From contig JAQBGU010000189.1 of NCBI GenBank assembly GCA_032128375.1, positions 1 to 54,619 of the forward strand: DNA of 54,619 nt, in the 5' to 3' direction. Below the pieces are notes generated by a model. That model saw only the letters and a list, made by a program, of their open reading frames with translations, was not told where the DNA came from and searched no databases. The translations under genes were made by a program, and so were the position numbers. This DNA comes from Deltaproteobacteria bacterium (GTDB lineage: Bacteria; Myxococcota_A; UBA9160; SMWR01). Of the stretch, positions 38,864 through 48,065 are shown piece by piece. Numbering within the stretch: position 1 is the stretch's first letter; every line of letters begins with the position of its first letter.

Positions 38864-39922
38864 CTAATCGATGCCCGGATCGACCAGCACCTTCACGTCA
38901 CCCCCACCAGACAACAAACCGCGGAAGGCCGCGTCGAGCCCCTCGAGACCGACGGTGTCCGTGTGCAGAGGTACCACGCGCAGGCGTCCGTCGGCGATCA
39001 GTTGCATCGCATGGCCGAATTCCTCGTGGAGATATCCGAGCGATGCGACCATCGAAACCTCGCGTGCAAGCCAAGTCATCGGAGAGATCTCGGCGGGCAC
39101 GCTCGCAAGCCCTACCAGTGCGACCGTGCCGCCGCGTCGAACGAGGTTCGCAGCCTGGTTGATCGTGCTCGGGATTCCCGCGCATTCGAACACCACGTCG
39201 GGTCCGGCCAATCCACAGTGTTGCGCGAGCTGCTCGTTGAGATTCTCAGCAGCGGGATCCAACACCAAACTGGCACCCAGCTCGCCAGCCAGATGCGCGC
39301 GGTGCGGATCCGGTTCCACCACGACGGCCGTTCCTGCGCCGGCAGCGCGCGCGCACTGCAGGACGAGTAGGCCGATCGGGCCGGCGCCCAGCACGACGAT
39401 TGAATCACCCAACCGAAGCGGCGTTCGTCGCAGCGCGTGAACCGCAACCGTCGCCGGTTCGAGCAGCGCCGCCTCTTCGTCACTGAGGTCCTTGTGAATC
39501 GGGTAGAGCCGCGTCGCATCGAACGCGATCGCCGACGCGAAGCCACCGTGTGGCGGCGCCAGCGGACCAATACCCAGCATCCCCAACAACACACCCATAC
39601 AATGCCGTGCGTCGCCCGCACGGCATTCGTTGCATTGTCCGCAGGCGGAAGCCACGCCGATCCCCACCCGATCGCCCTCGCGAACGCCGGAGACTCCGCT
39701 GCCCACGGCCGAAACAGTCCCGGCCCATTCGTGACCGCAGATTGCCGGGTTGTATGGGTCGCCGGTTTGATAGGGATGCAGATCAGTCCCGCAGATTCCA
39801 CAGTACGAAATCTGCACCACCGCCGTTCCGGGGCCCGCAGTCGGATCCGGGAACTCGCGAAGTTCGATCTTCCGCTTGCCAACCACCAAACCTGCACGCA
39901 CGCGTTGACTCCTCATCTTCAC
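38864..39922 (-). CDS. Zn-dependent medium-chain alcohol/polyol dehydrogenase
   Basis: CGICGTDLH, GHE, CGQCNEC..C, GAGPIG. Confidence 0.92.
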   Translation of the reverse strand: MKMRSQRVRAGLVVGKRKIELREFPDPTAGPGTAVVQISYCGICGTDLHPYQTGDPYNPAICGHEWAGTVSAVGSGVSGVREGDRVGIGVASACGQCNECRAGDARHCMGVLLGMLGIGPLAPPHGGFASAIAFDATRLYPIHKDLSDEEAALLEPATVAVHALRRTPLRLGDSIVVLGAGPIGLLVLQCARAAGAGTAVVVEPDPHRAHLAGELGASLVLDPAAENLNEQLAQHCGLAGPDVVFECAGIPSTINQAANLVRRGGTVALVGLASVPAEISPMTWLAREVSMVASLGYLHEEFGHAMQLIADGRLRVVPLHTDTVGLEGLDAAFRGLLSGGGDVKVLVDPGID

Positions 39923-40069
39923 GGTTCCGACGCCCTACGGTACCCGCGACCCGAGGGCTCGTCGAACGAACCTGTGTCCGATTCCGTCGCCGGCATGCAC
40001 GACTCGCGCACCGCGGTCACCGATGCGCGATTTCGCCTATTCTAGTCGCAGACCAGATGGGAGTCCGCC

Positions 40070-41356
40070 GTGTCCGATCTTTCCAAACGAGAGCGCGCCG
40101 AAGTCGACCTCGCGAACTACAACCCGTTCGACCCCGCGACCCTGCAGGATCCATTCCCCGCCTACGCGGCCCTGCGCCGCAAATCGCCGGCGTTTCGACA
40201 CCAGCTGACCGGGATGTACTTCATCTCTCGGCACGCAACCGTCAAACGGGTGCTCGGCGACACAAATACCTTTTCATCGCGGATGTCCAACGCCTCCGCG
40301 GCCGGCTCGAAAAACATCGACCCGGTCATCGCGGCCGAGCTCAAAGAGCTGAGCAAGAAGCTCGCCCCGCCGAGCGACACCATGCTCACGGCCGATCCAC
40401 CGCAGCAGACCCGCTATCGGAAGGCGATGGGGCGCGCCTTCACGCAACGCGTTCCGACGTTTGAAAAGGCGATCCGCGAGATCGCGACCGAACTGGTCGA
40501 CTCGTGGCCCACCGATGGTCGAGTCGATTTCATGAACAGTTTCGCCGTGCCCTTCCCGGTCAAGACGATCGCTCAGGTGTTGGCGATGAGATCCGAACGA
40601 GAAGCCGATATCAAGCGATGGTCGGACGACTCGGTGGCGGGCCTCGGCGCACAGATCGACGGCGCGCGACGCCTGGAAGCGGCTCGCGGTGTACTCGAAC
40701 TTCAAACCTACTGGACCCGCGAAGTCGAGGCGCGACGCCAGCAACCGAAAGACGATTTCATTACCGATCTCGTGCAAGCGGTGTTCGACGATCCTGAGAG
40801 CGGCAAACGCCCACTATCCACCTCGGAGGCGATCTCGATCCTTCAACAACTCATGGTGGCCGGCAACGAGACCACTACCAAGCTGATCAACGAGCTGATC
40901 AAGCTGCTCGCGCAGAACCCGGATCAATGGCAGCGGCTGCGCGAAGACCCGTCACGCGTGGATGCAGTCATAGAAGAGGGGTTGCGCCTTGCGACGCCGA
41001 ATCAGGGGCTATTCCGGCAAGTACGCCGCGACGTGGAGATTGACGGTGTCCCGATCGCCAAAGGCTCAACGGTGTGGGTGATGTTCGGCAGCGCAAACCG
41101 CGATGACGACGTGTTTCCGGATGCGGCGCGCTTCGATCCGGACCGGCCGAACCTGCGCGAGCACCTGGCATTCGGAAGCGGTGCGCATTTCTGCATCGGT
41201 GCACCACTCGCGCGCCTCGAAACGAAAATCGCGTTACTCGAAATCGCGAACCGCGTGCGGACCCTGCGGATCGCAGAGGGTGCAACGCTCAGCTATGAAC
41301 CGAGCTTCATCCTGCGCGGTCTGGCCGGACTCGAACTCCAGGTCGAGCCCGTCTGA
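40070..41356 (+). CDS. Cytochrome P450
   Basis: AGNETTT, EEGLR, FGSGAHFCIG. Confidence 0.95.
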   Translation: MSDLSKRERAEVDLANYNPFDPATLQDPFPAYAALRRKSPAFRHQLTGMYFISRHATVKRVLGDTNTFSSRMSNASAAGSKNIDPVIAAELKELSKKLAPPSDTMLTADPPQQTRYRKAMGRAFTQRVPTFEKAIREIATELVDSWPTDGRVDFMNSFAVPFPVKTIAQVLAMRSEREADIKRWSDDSVAGLGAQIDGARRLEAARGVLELQTYWTREVEARRQQPKDDFITDLVQAVFDDPESGKRPLSTSEAISILQQLMVAGNETTTKLINELIKLLAQNPDQWQRLREDPSRVDAVIEEGLRLATPNQGLFRQVRRDVEIDGVPIAKGSTVWVMFGSANRDDDVFPDAARFDPDRPNLREHLAFGSGAHFCIGAPLARLETKIALLEIANRVRTLRIAEGATLSYEPSFILRGLAGLELQVEPV

Positions 41357-41366
41357 CACACGCTCG

Positions 41367-41681
41367 CTACAGCTGAACCTCGAGAATATCACCGACGACA
41401 CGAATCGGGTGCGGGTTGACCCTGGCCCCGAACATCGCGCATTCGCCCGAGAAGACGTCGAATTCCCATCCATGCAGGGGACACACCAGGCCGTTTCCTT
41501 CGAGCGTCCCGAAACCGAGACTGGCACCCGCGTGCGGACACGCATCGTCGATGGCGAAGTAGCCATCTTTCACACGGCCAATCACGAGCTTTCGGCCCGC
41601 CACGCGCCGCTGTACGATCGAATCGAGTGCCAATTGGTCCGCGCGTCCTGCGGCGTGCCACCCGCCATTCGACTGCGACAT
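41367..41681 (-). CDS. Rieske [2Fe-2S] ferredoxin
   Basis: CPH..CPLHGWEFD; AGGAG RBS before ATG 41681. Confidence 0.9.
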   Translation of the reverse strand: MSQSNGGWHAAGRADQLALDSIVQRRVAGRKLVIGRVKDGYFAIDDACPHAGASLGFGTLEGNGLVCPLHGWEFDVFSGECAMFGARVNPHPIRVVGDILEVQL

Positions 41682-41715
41682 CTCGAGGTTGCTCCTGGTT
41701 GTCGCGAACATGGGC

Positions 41716-41753
41716 CTTGTCTTTGAGACGGGTCTCGGGACTTGTCTTTGAGA
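41716..41753. repeat. 13-bp direct repeat CTTGTCTTTGAGA x2 upstream of the Rieske gene
   Basis: Exact copies at 41716-41728 and 41741-41753. Confidence 0.8.
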
Positions 41754-41873
41754 GCTGGACTTCGCAACGGCCTTCCGGACTCGGTTCGGCGTCGTGAGTT
41801 TGATTTCACAAATGGCAGATCGTAGCCGCAAGTTGAGGCGCCAGCCGCACGCGGAGGCGGAGAGATGGGTCCA

Positions 41874-42338
41874 CTACGGCTCGAACTCGTCGAGCGAAAT
41901 GCGCACGACCGCGATCTGCTGGCGCAAACCTACAAGCTGCGCCTCAGTCAGGCCGACCCGCTTGTCGAAATCCACCCGGAACACGCGAGCCAGCTTCGGC
42001 AGACGTTGCAGAGTCGCCTGGGCCGATGCGCGAAATTCATCGGAATCGGGTCTCACGACCTCAGCGCTGCCGGTGCGCGGGCGGCCACGCAAGTGCAGCT
42101 CTAAGCGCGCAGGTTCGAAATAGTTGCGGAACCATTGCTTGTTTCGCGCCTCGGAGACCATCACGGTCAGCGTGTCGCTCTCGCGCTGGTAGCCGACTGG
42201 GATCGTGTAACGCCGGCCTGAATTTCTCCCAGTCACGGTGACCAGCATCAAGCCGGGACTCAACAGCCAATGGAACGGAGACCGCAGAACCCAGCAGATC
42301 ACCGGATTCAGACGGGTCATGATGGAATCGATCGACAA
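41874..42338 (-). CDS. Deazaflavin (F420)-dependent nitroreductase-like protein (split beta-barrel)
   Basis: LVTVTGRNSGRRYTIPVGY..WFRN. Confidence 0.75.
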   Translation of the reverse strand: MSIDSIMTRLNPVICWVLRSPFHWLLSPGLMLVTVTGRNSGRRYTIPVGYQRESDTLTVMVSEARNKQWFRNYFEPARLELHLRGRPRTGSAEVVRPDSDEFRASAQATLQRLPKLARVFRVDFDKRVGLTEAQLVGLRQQIAVVRISLDEFEP

Positions 42339-42447
42339 ACCTCTCCTCGCTTCGGTGGCTTGCGGACGATAGCCAATGGGCGCAGCGCGAAGTCACGTGC
42401 GATACTGAAACGGTCCGCTGCGTTGGAACCCTCCGGAGGCTTTGCGG

Positions 42448-43482
42448 ATGCAGAATCGCAAATCAATACTGAGAACCCGCTCAGGCTCCGCTGCGTCTCG
42501 AGCCGTCAACGTTTGTGCGGCCGCGCTCGTCGCCGGACTCGTAGGCTGCCGAACCGCAGCGATGATCCAACCCGACGCGCTCGGCTACTTCGAACCTGCG
42601 CCTGGAAGTGTCGCGACAATCGAATCTGCCATTGTCAGGGGCGCCCGCCGTGCGGGCTGGAATACCGAAACAGCCGATCCGAGCGCTCAGACGATGCAGG
42701 TTCGGTTCATGCTTCGACCGCAGGTCTTCGTCATTGTCCGAATCGACTACGGGGGCGGCCAGATCTCTTTTCGATACGCAGACAGCAGCCAGTTCGGCTG
42801 CAAACCGGTACCCAATGGCTGCGCGACCATTCACAAGAGCTACAACGTTCGGGTCTCGCGATTGCGCACGCAGATCGAGCAAGCTCTCGCGGAGCCCGCA
42901 ACCCCGCCGATCGGGGTTTCGCAAGCTGTATCGATCGTTCGCCAGGTCATCGAGGAACAGCCTCGACGCAGCGCGTACGCGACGGTCGACGTCACACAAG
43001 AGCGCGTCAACGCGATTCGCGCGGTCGTGACACCCGTCTATTACGCCGGCACCTACTACGACGGCTGGGGCGATAGCTGGGGCTTCCTTTCACAACCCGG
43101 TTACGGGCATTACGGGTTCTACGCTGGCTATGGCCCGAACTACGGCTTGCCCTATGGCTTGCCCTATGGCTTGCCTTATGGCTTGCCCTATGGTTTGCAC
43201 TATGGCTTGCACTATGGCTTGAATTTCTTTGACACCACGTACGTTTTGACGCCTCTGGCCGATGTGGTGTACTTCAATAACATCGGTCGCATCGAGTGGA
43301 GAGACGGCGTTCGCTGGCGGGCCATCCAGATCTGGGACCGCCACGGAGAGTCACGAATCAAACTGAAGGTGCTCGACGAATCGCTTGCCAAGCGGTTCAT
43401 CGACGCCGTAGGCGTCCTCGTGCAAGCGCAGCGAGAGGTCGAGAAGAATTACCTGTCGCCGGAAGGCCCGCCCCCGTTTTGA
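42448..43482 (+). CDS. Hypothetical lipoprotein with a Tyr/Gly-rich repeat insert
   Basis: LVGC lipobox, GGAGG RBS, (YGLx)7 repeat. Confidence 0.7.
   Translation: MQNRKSILRTRSGSAASRAVNVCAAALVAGLVGCRTAAMIQPDALGYFEPAPGSVATIESAIVRGARRAGWNTETADPSAQTMQVRFMLRPQVFVIVRIDYGGGQISFRYADSSQFGCKPVPNGCATIHKSYNVRVSRLRTQIEQALAEPATPPIGVSQAVSIVRQVIEEQPRRSAYATVDVTQERVNAIRAVVTPVYYAGTYYDGWGDSWGFLSQPGYGHYGFYAGYGPNYGLPYGLPYGLPYGLPYGLHYGLHYGLNFFDTTYVLTPLADVVYFNNIGRIEWRDGVRWRAIQIWDRHGESRIKLKVLDESLAKRFIDAVGVLVQAQREVEKNYLSPEGPPPF
43129..43224 (+). repeat. 12-bp coding tandem repeat, 8 units (YGPN, YGLP x4, YGLH x2, YGLN)
   Basis: Consensus TATGGCTTGCCC read directly from the sequence. Confidence 0.95.
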
Positions 43483-43529
43483 CCTCGAGCGCGCATGAGA
43501 CTGCGACGGACCCCGTCGAATGGGCTTCG

Positions 43530-44087
43530 TCAGGGCCTCACGTGCCTGTTTGCGCTTCGCCAGCTGAACGGAGTTTGTCGCTGGCTGGCTGGCAGCTTCC
43601 ACAAACCGCGGCGGGCAGCGCGTGCTTCGCATTCGAGTCCGATGACGGCGAGCGATCCACCGTACCAGGTGTACGCCCACGCGTGCCCGTTGCGGACCAT
43701 CTCTCGGTTGATGTGCATGCCACCCGCGAACATCTCGACGACCGATCGCTCGTATGGGTCTGTATCGACGACGTCGACATGTACGCGCTTGTTCAACACC
43801 CAGTCGGACAGGACTCGACGGGCCGTTCGGCCGTACGGTTGATCCCATTCGGGAGCGTCGATTCGGGCGAGCCGGATCGGGATATCTGCGCGCCCGACTC
43901 GCAGTATCAGGCTGTCTCCGTCCAACACGCGAACGACCTGGCCGTCCCAGGCATTGTCGGCGGCAACCGCGGAGCCGCTCGGACAAAACCACAGAAACGC
44001 GGACAACAGACAACAGTAGAACAACGGGATGGACCAAAGGGCGGATCTTCTAGTCGCGAACCGGGACTCGCAGACCCGGGGCATCAT
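43530..44087 (-). CDS. Thermonuclease (SNase) family protein, exported
   Basis: VLDGDSL, IRLARIDAPEWDQPYG, DPYERSV, AARRGLW. Confidence 0.88.
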   Translation of the reverse strand: MMPRVCESRFATRRSALWSIPLFYCCLLSAFLWFCPSGSAVAADNAWDGQVVRVLDGDSLILRVGRADIPIRLARIDAPEWDQPYGRTARRVLSDWVLNKRVHVDVVDTDPYERSVVEMFAGGMHINREMVRNGHAWAYTWYGGSLAVIGLECEARAARRGLWKLPASQRQTPFSWRSANRHVRP

Positions 44088-44724
44088 ATTCGAGTACGAC
44101 CTCGAGATTGTCCGAGTCCATCGCCATCTCGATCGAGCGGGCGCCGTGCGGCAAGTGCGCCGAGACGAGGTTTCCCATCTGATCCGCGACTCGTTCCCAC
44201 CAACAGCCCCCGTCGCGTTCATCGCGGACGAACCGAAGGCCGAATTCCGTCATCCGGATCATCCGGTCCGGTACCGCGATCCGGACCGAAACGCGGCCTC
44301 CGCGCCCTCCACCCGCCGACACGGCCAGAATTCCGCGGCCAGGCCCGCTTCGGCCCTCGAAACGGGGGCGATCGGGACCACCGGGCAAACCCACCCGAGC
44401 CCGACGCGGCAGCATTCGCGGGCCGCGCCGCGCCGCGCGCCCATGATGGAATGGAGTGATGACGTGATCGTTGCTTTGGTTGTTCCGGCTGTTTCGGTTG
44501 TTTTCGTAGAGGTCAGCTGCCATGACGATCGTCCCCGCGATTCCCGGTGCGTGTCGAGATACGATCCGTCAGGGGTGTGACAGGTCCGGTCCCAGCAGCG
44601 GCCGAATTATCCCGGCAGCTGAAAACGATCCGAATTTCCAGGAGCCCAAGGGCGAATTCTTCGAATTCTTCAGCATCGTCGCCTGCACGCTCGAGCTGGC
44701 GCTCTACCGCGCGGAATTCCTAGC

Positions 44725-44940
44725 GTGACCCATGAACTGACCGATGCTGAGAGATTCCGCGGCCGCTACGGCCGGTACCTCGGATCCCGAGGTCGGAATC
44801 CTCGTCTACAACGCCGGTGCCGTTCATGGCACAAAAAAATCTCACGACCAGCCGATCGAGCACGCTCTCGGACTGGTCCATTTGAATTGTCGCGAGCCGG
44901 TGTTGCTTGCGCATCGCTTCGGTGGGACTTCGCAGACATG
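44725..44940 (+). pseudogene. Short-chain dehydrogenase remnant
   Basis: ERFRGRYG joined out of frame to EVGILVYNAG..LNC..LAHRFG; no GxxxGxG or YxxxK present. Confidence 0.6.
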
Positions 44941-45002
44941 GAACGACTCGATCGCGGGCCGAATTCGGCGGCCGGTGACGTCCGAGGTATGATCACTGCC
45001 CG

Positions 45003-45491
45003 ATGTCGCGAACACTCGCAGCCTGCGCGCTGGTCCTACTGGCGGGATGCAGCTCGAACTCGAATTTCGCGGTAGCGAACACGCCTGAGGCAGCGCCGGC
45101 GTATCGATCGATCGCCACCGTACGGCAGACGATGTTGTGGATTCTGGACCCGGCGGCTGACGTGATCTGGGACTCCGCGGGCGCCATCATTACAGCGGAC
45201 GGTGAAACCGACCTTTCACCTGCGACCGACGAGGGCTGGCAGAACGTGCGCAATAGCGCTGCGGTCGTTGCCGAGACAGGTAACCTGCTGATGATGCCCG
45301 GACGGACCAACGGGCCGAATTGGGTGAGCTATTCGCAGGCATTGACGGCGGCCGGAGAGGCCGCAATGGCGGCGGCAGACGCTCGAGATGCCGAAGCGCT
45401 GTTCGACGCGGGGGGCGCCGTGTACCAGGTGTGCCAGGCCTGCCACGCAGAGTACCTGCTGCCCGCCGAGGAAGCGCAGAATCCTCCGTGA
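45003..45491 (+). CDS. Class II (c'-like) cytochrome c lipoprotein
   Basis: LAGC lipobox, helical sequence, near-C-terminal CQACH (45432-45446). Confidence 0.8.
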   Translation: MSRTLAACALVLLAGCSSNSNFAVANTPEAAPAYRSIATVRQTMLWILDPAADVIWDSAGAIITADGETDLSPATDEGWQNVRNSAAVVAETGNLLMMPGRTNGPNWVSYSQALTAAGEAAMAAADARDAEALFDAGGAVYQVCQACHAEYLLPAEEAQNPP

Positions 45492-45532
45492 CGCGAACGC
45501 TCTGTCACCAGCACCGCGCGGGTCTCGTGTAG

Positions 45533-46090
45533 ATGTCGCTCCTCCGCATTTGCGAGTGGCTGGCCAGCACGAACTGGAGCATCGCGCTCCACGAGTCGCT
45601 CTACCTCTACCCGCTCGTGGAGACGACCCACGTCCTCGCGCTGATGCTGTTTGTTGGCACGGTGACCTTCGTCGATCTTCGGCTGCTCGGCTGGGTGTTT
45701 CGCGAAGTGCCGGTCTCTGAAATGACCGGGCGCCTCATCCCCTGGACGATCGGGGGGTTCATCATCGTCGTCAGCAGTGGCGCCCTGCTCTTCTACGCGA
45801 TCCCGATTCGCACCTATCTGAGCATCTTCTTTCGCATCAAAATGATCATGCTGATGGCTGTGGGAATCAACACCGCGCTGTTCCATCGCCATATGAACCG
45901 CAGCGAGATCGCCTGGGATCGCGACCCCAGCCCCCCGCGTCGTGCCCGTGTGACCGCCGCCGTGTCGTTGTGCGCGTGGGCGACGATCATCGTGGCGGGC
46001 CGCATGATCGCCTACAACTGGTTCGACTGTGACCAGCCCCAATCCGACTTCGTCCATTGGGCGGCCGGCTGCATTTCCGAAAGCCAGTAG
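45533..46090 (+). CDS. DUF6644-like 4-TM membrane protein
   Basis: ETTHVL..DLRLLG, SGALLF, FRIKM, GRMIAY. Confidence 0.8.
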   Translation: MSLLRICEWLASTNWSIALHESLYLYPLVETTHVLALMLFVGTVTFVDLRLLGWVFREVPVSEMTGRLIPWTIGGFIIVVSSGALLFYAIPIRTYLSIFFRIKMIMLMAVGINTALFHRHMNRSEIAWDRDPSPPRRARVTAAVSLCAWATIIVAGRMIAYNWFDCDQPQSDFVHWAAGCISESQ

Positions 46091-46564
46091 ATGGACTTCT
46101 ACCCTGTCTTCGACTGGCTCGAACAAACAGTGGTGGGCGTGGCTATCCGCGATTCGGCTTGGTTGTTCCCGGTGATCGAAGCCGTCCATCTATTGGGGCT
46201 CGCAACACTGGGGGGTGCGGTCCTGATCGTCGACCTGCGCCTGCTGGGCCTCGGCTTGAACACCCGGCCAGCCGCCTACCTGCTGAAGCAGACGTCGCCC
46301 TGGCTCGCTATTGCCATTGCGGTGATGTTCGCGACCGGCATCCCGCTGTTCCTTTCTGAGGCAATCAAGTGCTACTTCAAGCCTGCGTTCTGGGTCAAGA
46401 TGGGCGCGCTGCTGCTTGCGCTGTTGTTCACCTTCATGCTGCGCAACCGCTTCGTGCGCGACCGGCCGGGTCTTTCGCCGTGGCAAGCGAGAATCATCGC
46501 CAGCTGCTCGTTGGTACTCTGGTTTGCGGTAGCCGCGGCAGGACGATGGATCGGTTTCTCGTAG
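46091..46564 (+). CDS. DUF6644-like 4-TM membrane protein (paralogue)
   Basis: EAVHLL..DLRLLG, TGIPLF, FWVKM, GRWIGF; ATG abuts the previous stop. Confidence 0.8.
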   Translation: MDFYPVFDWLEQTVVGVAIRDSAWLFPVIEAVHLLGLATLGGAVLIVDLRLLGLGLNTRPAAYLLKQTSPWLAIAIAVMFATGIPLFLSEAIKCYFKPAFWVKMGALLLALLFTFMLRNRFVRDRPGLSPWQARIIASCSLVLWFAVAAAGRWIGFS

Positions 46565-46571
46565 TCAGGTG

Positions 46572-47048
46572 TTAGTTCCGCGGCCGCTCCCTCGGGTCTG
46601 AGCCGTCGCGGGGTGCGCCGGTTCCGGACGAACCCATGAAGAGCTTCCCACCACCCGGGAAGGTGATGTCGCGCCCGTTGGCACGGCACGCGGGCTTGCA
46701 GCCCTTGTCCTTGCTCTGGTAACCGCGGACGATGATTTCTGTCCCGATCTTGATTGTGTCCTTGTTGATGCCGGCCCGCAGCAGCGTATTCGGTGTGCCG
46801 CCTTCGACCATCCAGGACACGACGGTCTCGCCTTCGCCAGCGGCGTCCAAGTGGATCCATGCGTGCGGGTTGATCCACTCGATCTTGGTGACCTTGCCCT
46901 TCAGCAGTACGGGAGCGTTGGCGTCGAACTCGGCAGCGAATGCGTGGTGGGCTTGCGCGTGCGTGGCAGACATCGAGAAAATTGCGATCGTCGCGAGAAG
47001 CCGACCCGATACTCTCGCGTGACCGCGCACCGAATGATTGAATCGCAA
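46572..47048 (-). CDS. DUF6152-like exported protein
   Basis: Signal peptide AQA|HHAFAAEFD, EWINPHAWI, WMVEGGTPNTL; AGGAGG RBS before TTG 47048. Confidence 0.82.
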   Translation of the reverse strand: MRFNHSVRGHARVSGRLLATIAIFSMSATHAQAHHAFAAEFDANAPVLLKGKVTKIEWINPHAWIHLDAAGEGETVVSWMVEGGTPNTLLRAGINKDTIKIGTEIIVRGYQSKDKGCKPACRANGRDITFPGGGKLFMGSSGTGAPRDGSDPRERPRN

Positions 47049-47059
47049 CGCTGCCTCCT

Positions 47060-48064
47060 TCAGTCCTCTTCCCGCGCGCCGGCGAGGATCCCGGTCAGCG
47101 AGTAGTTGCCCTCGTGGCATGCATATTCGTAGATCTGCCCGTCGGCCGCGAGCATTGGCACCTCGCCGCGCCAGACCTGGGTAAACACGCTCGGATCCTC
47201 GACAGAGAACGCGTAGAGGATTTCCTTGGGCCCGACGCGAGTGAACCGCTCGACCACTTTGGCATCTGGGGACATGTAGATTCGATGCCTGAGCGACGCC
47301 CGAAAACTCTGGCCGGGATTGAATTGCGTGGTCTCGACGACCAGCGTGTCAGCTTCCCAGTGGCCGATCGAATCCCCGAGCCACGGCCGTATCGGCTCGG
47401 GCAGCCGCTCGGCCCCGATTCGGATGATCCGCGCATCGTGGTTCATCTCGACCAGGATCAGCACATGGCCGGGTGACTGAACGATTTGGTAGTTGTTGTT
47501 GTAGAGCACGGGCAACATCGGAGGCCCTCCCGTCGAACCAAACCCGACGATGCAGCGCTCACCCAGCAAGCGCGTCTCAGGGTTGTCCACGTTTCGCAAC
47601 TCCCAGTAGCGCCCCAGCAGCTGCGCATTGCCCTGCCACGAATAAGGGATCTTGCCGTCGGTGGGGTCGACGATCAGCGAGCTGCGGATCTCCCCGCGCA
47701 CTCGGGCGAGTCTGCTGCCCGGGTCCATCCAGAAAGAGTTGTAGCCCCCGACGTCCGCGCCTGCGGCGAGCGCGCCGGCCGGAAGCTCGTCGATCGACGC
47801 ATAGAATTCCGCCGTTCCGTTCTCGACCCGAGCCGCCACGTCTTGCGTGAGTACGAGTTCATCGAGGTTTTCTGGGCGCTCCAGCCCCGTGATGGTGGCA
47901 TTCGTCCAGGTTCCCTGCAGGTCGGGTTCACCCCACGACATCCGCGGAGTTTTCCAATCCACATCACCGACCTCTGCCGCTGCGAGGAGCGGGGACGGGA
48001 GCAGCAGCGCGATCTGCGCGATGAGGGGCGGGAACGATCGCAATTTCGAAAAATTCGACCGCAC
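47060..48064 (-). CDS. Conserved secreted hypothetical protein (PDLxGxW family)
   Basis: Signal peptide, GEPDLQGTW, WLGDSIGHWEADTLVVET, ERFTR, YEYACHEGNY. Confidence 0.8.
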   Translation of the reverse strand: MRSNFSKLRSFPPLIAQIALLLPSPLLAAAEVGDVDWKTPRMSWGEPDLQGTWTNATITGLERPENLDELVLTQDVAARVENGTAEFYASIDELPAGALAAGADVGGYNSFWMDPGSRLARVRGEIRSSLIVDPTDGKIPYSWQGNAQLLGRYWELRNVDNPETRLLGERCIVGFGSTGGPPMLPVLYNNNYQIVQSPGHVLILVEMNHDARIIRIGAERLPEPIRPWLGDSIGHWEADTLVVETTQFNPGQSFRASLRHRIYMSPDAKVVERFTRVGPKEILYAFSVEDPSVFTQVWRGEVPMLAADGQIYEYACHEGNYSLTGILAGAREED

Positions 48065-48065
48065 T

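Noticed and set aside
43129..43224. CRISPR-like array
   Set aside because: 12-bp head-to-tail coding repeats with no spacers and no cas genes.
44050..44523. 157-aa minus-strand ORF upstream of the thermonuclease
   Set aside because: The C-terminal part looks protein-like, but there is no family motif and start and frame are ambiguous; not called.
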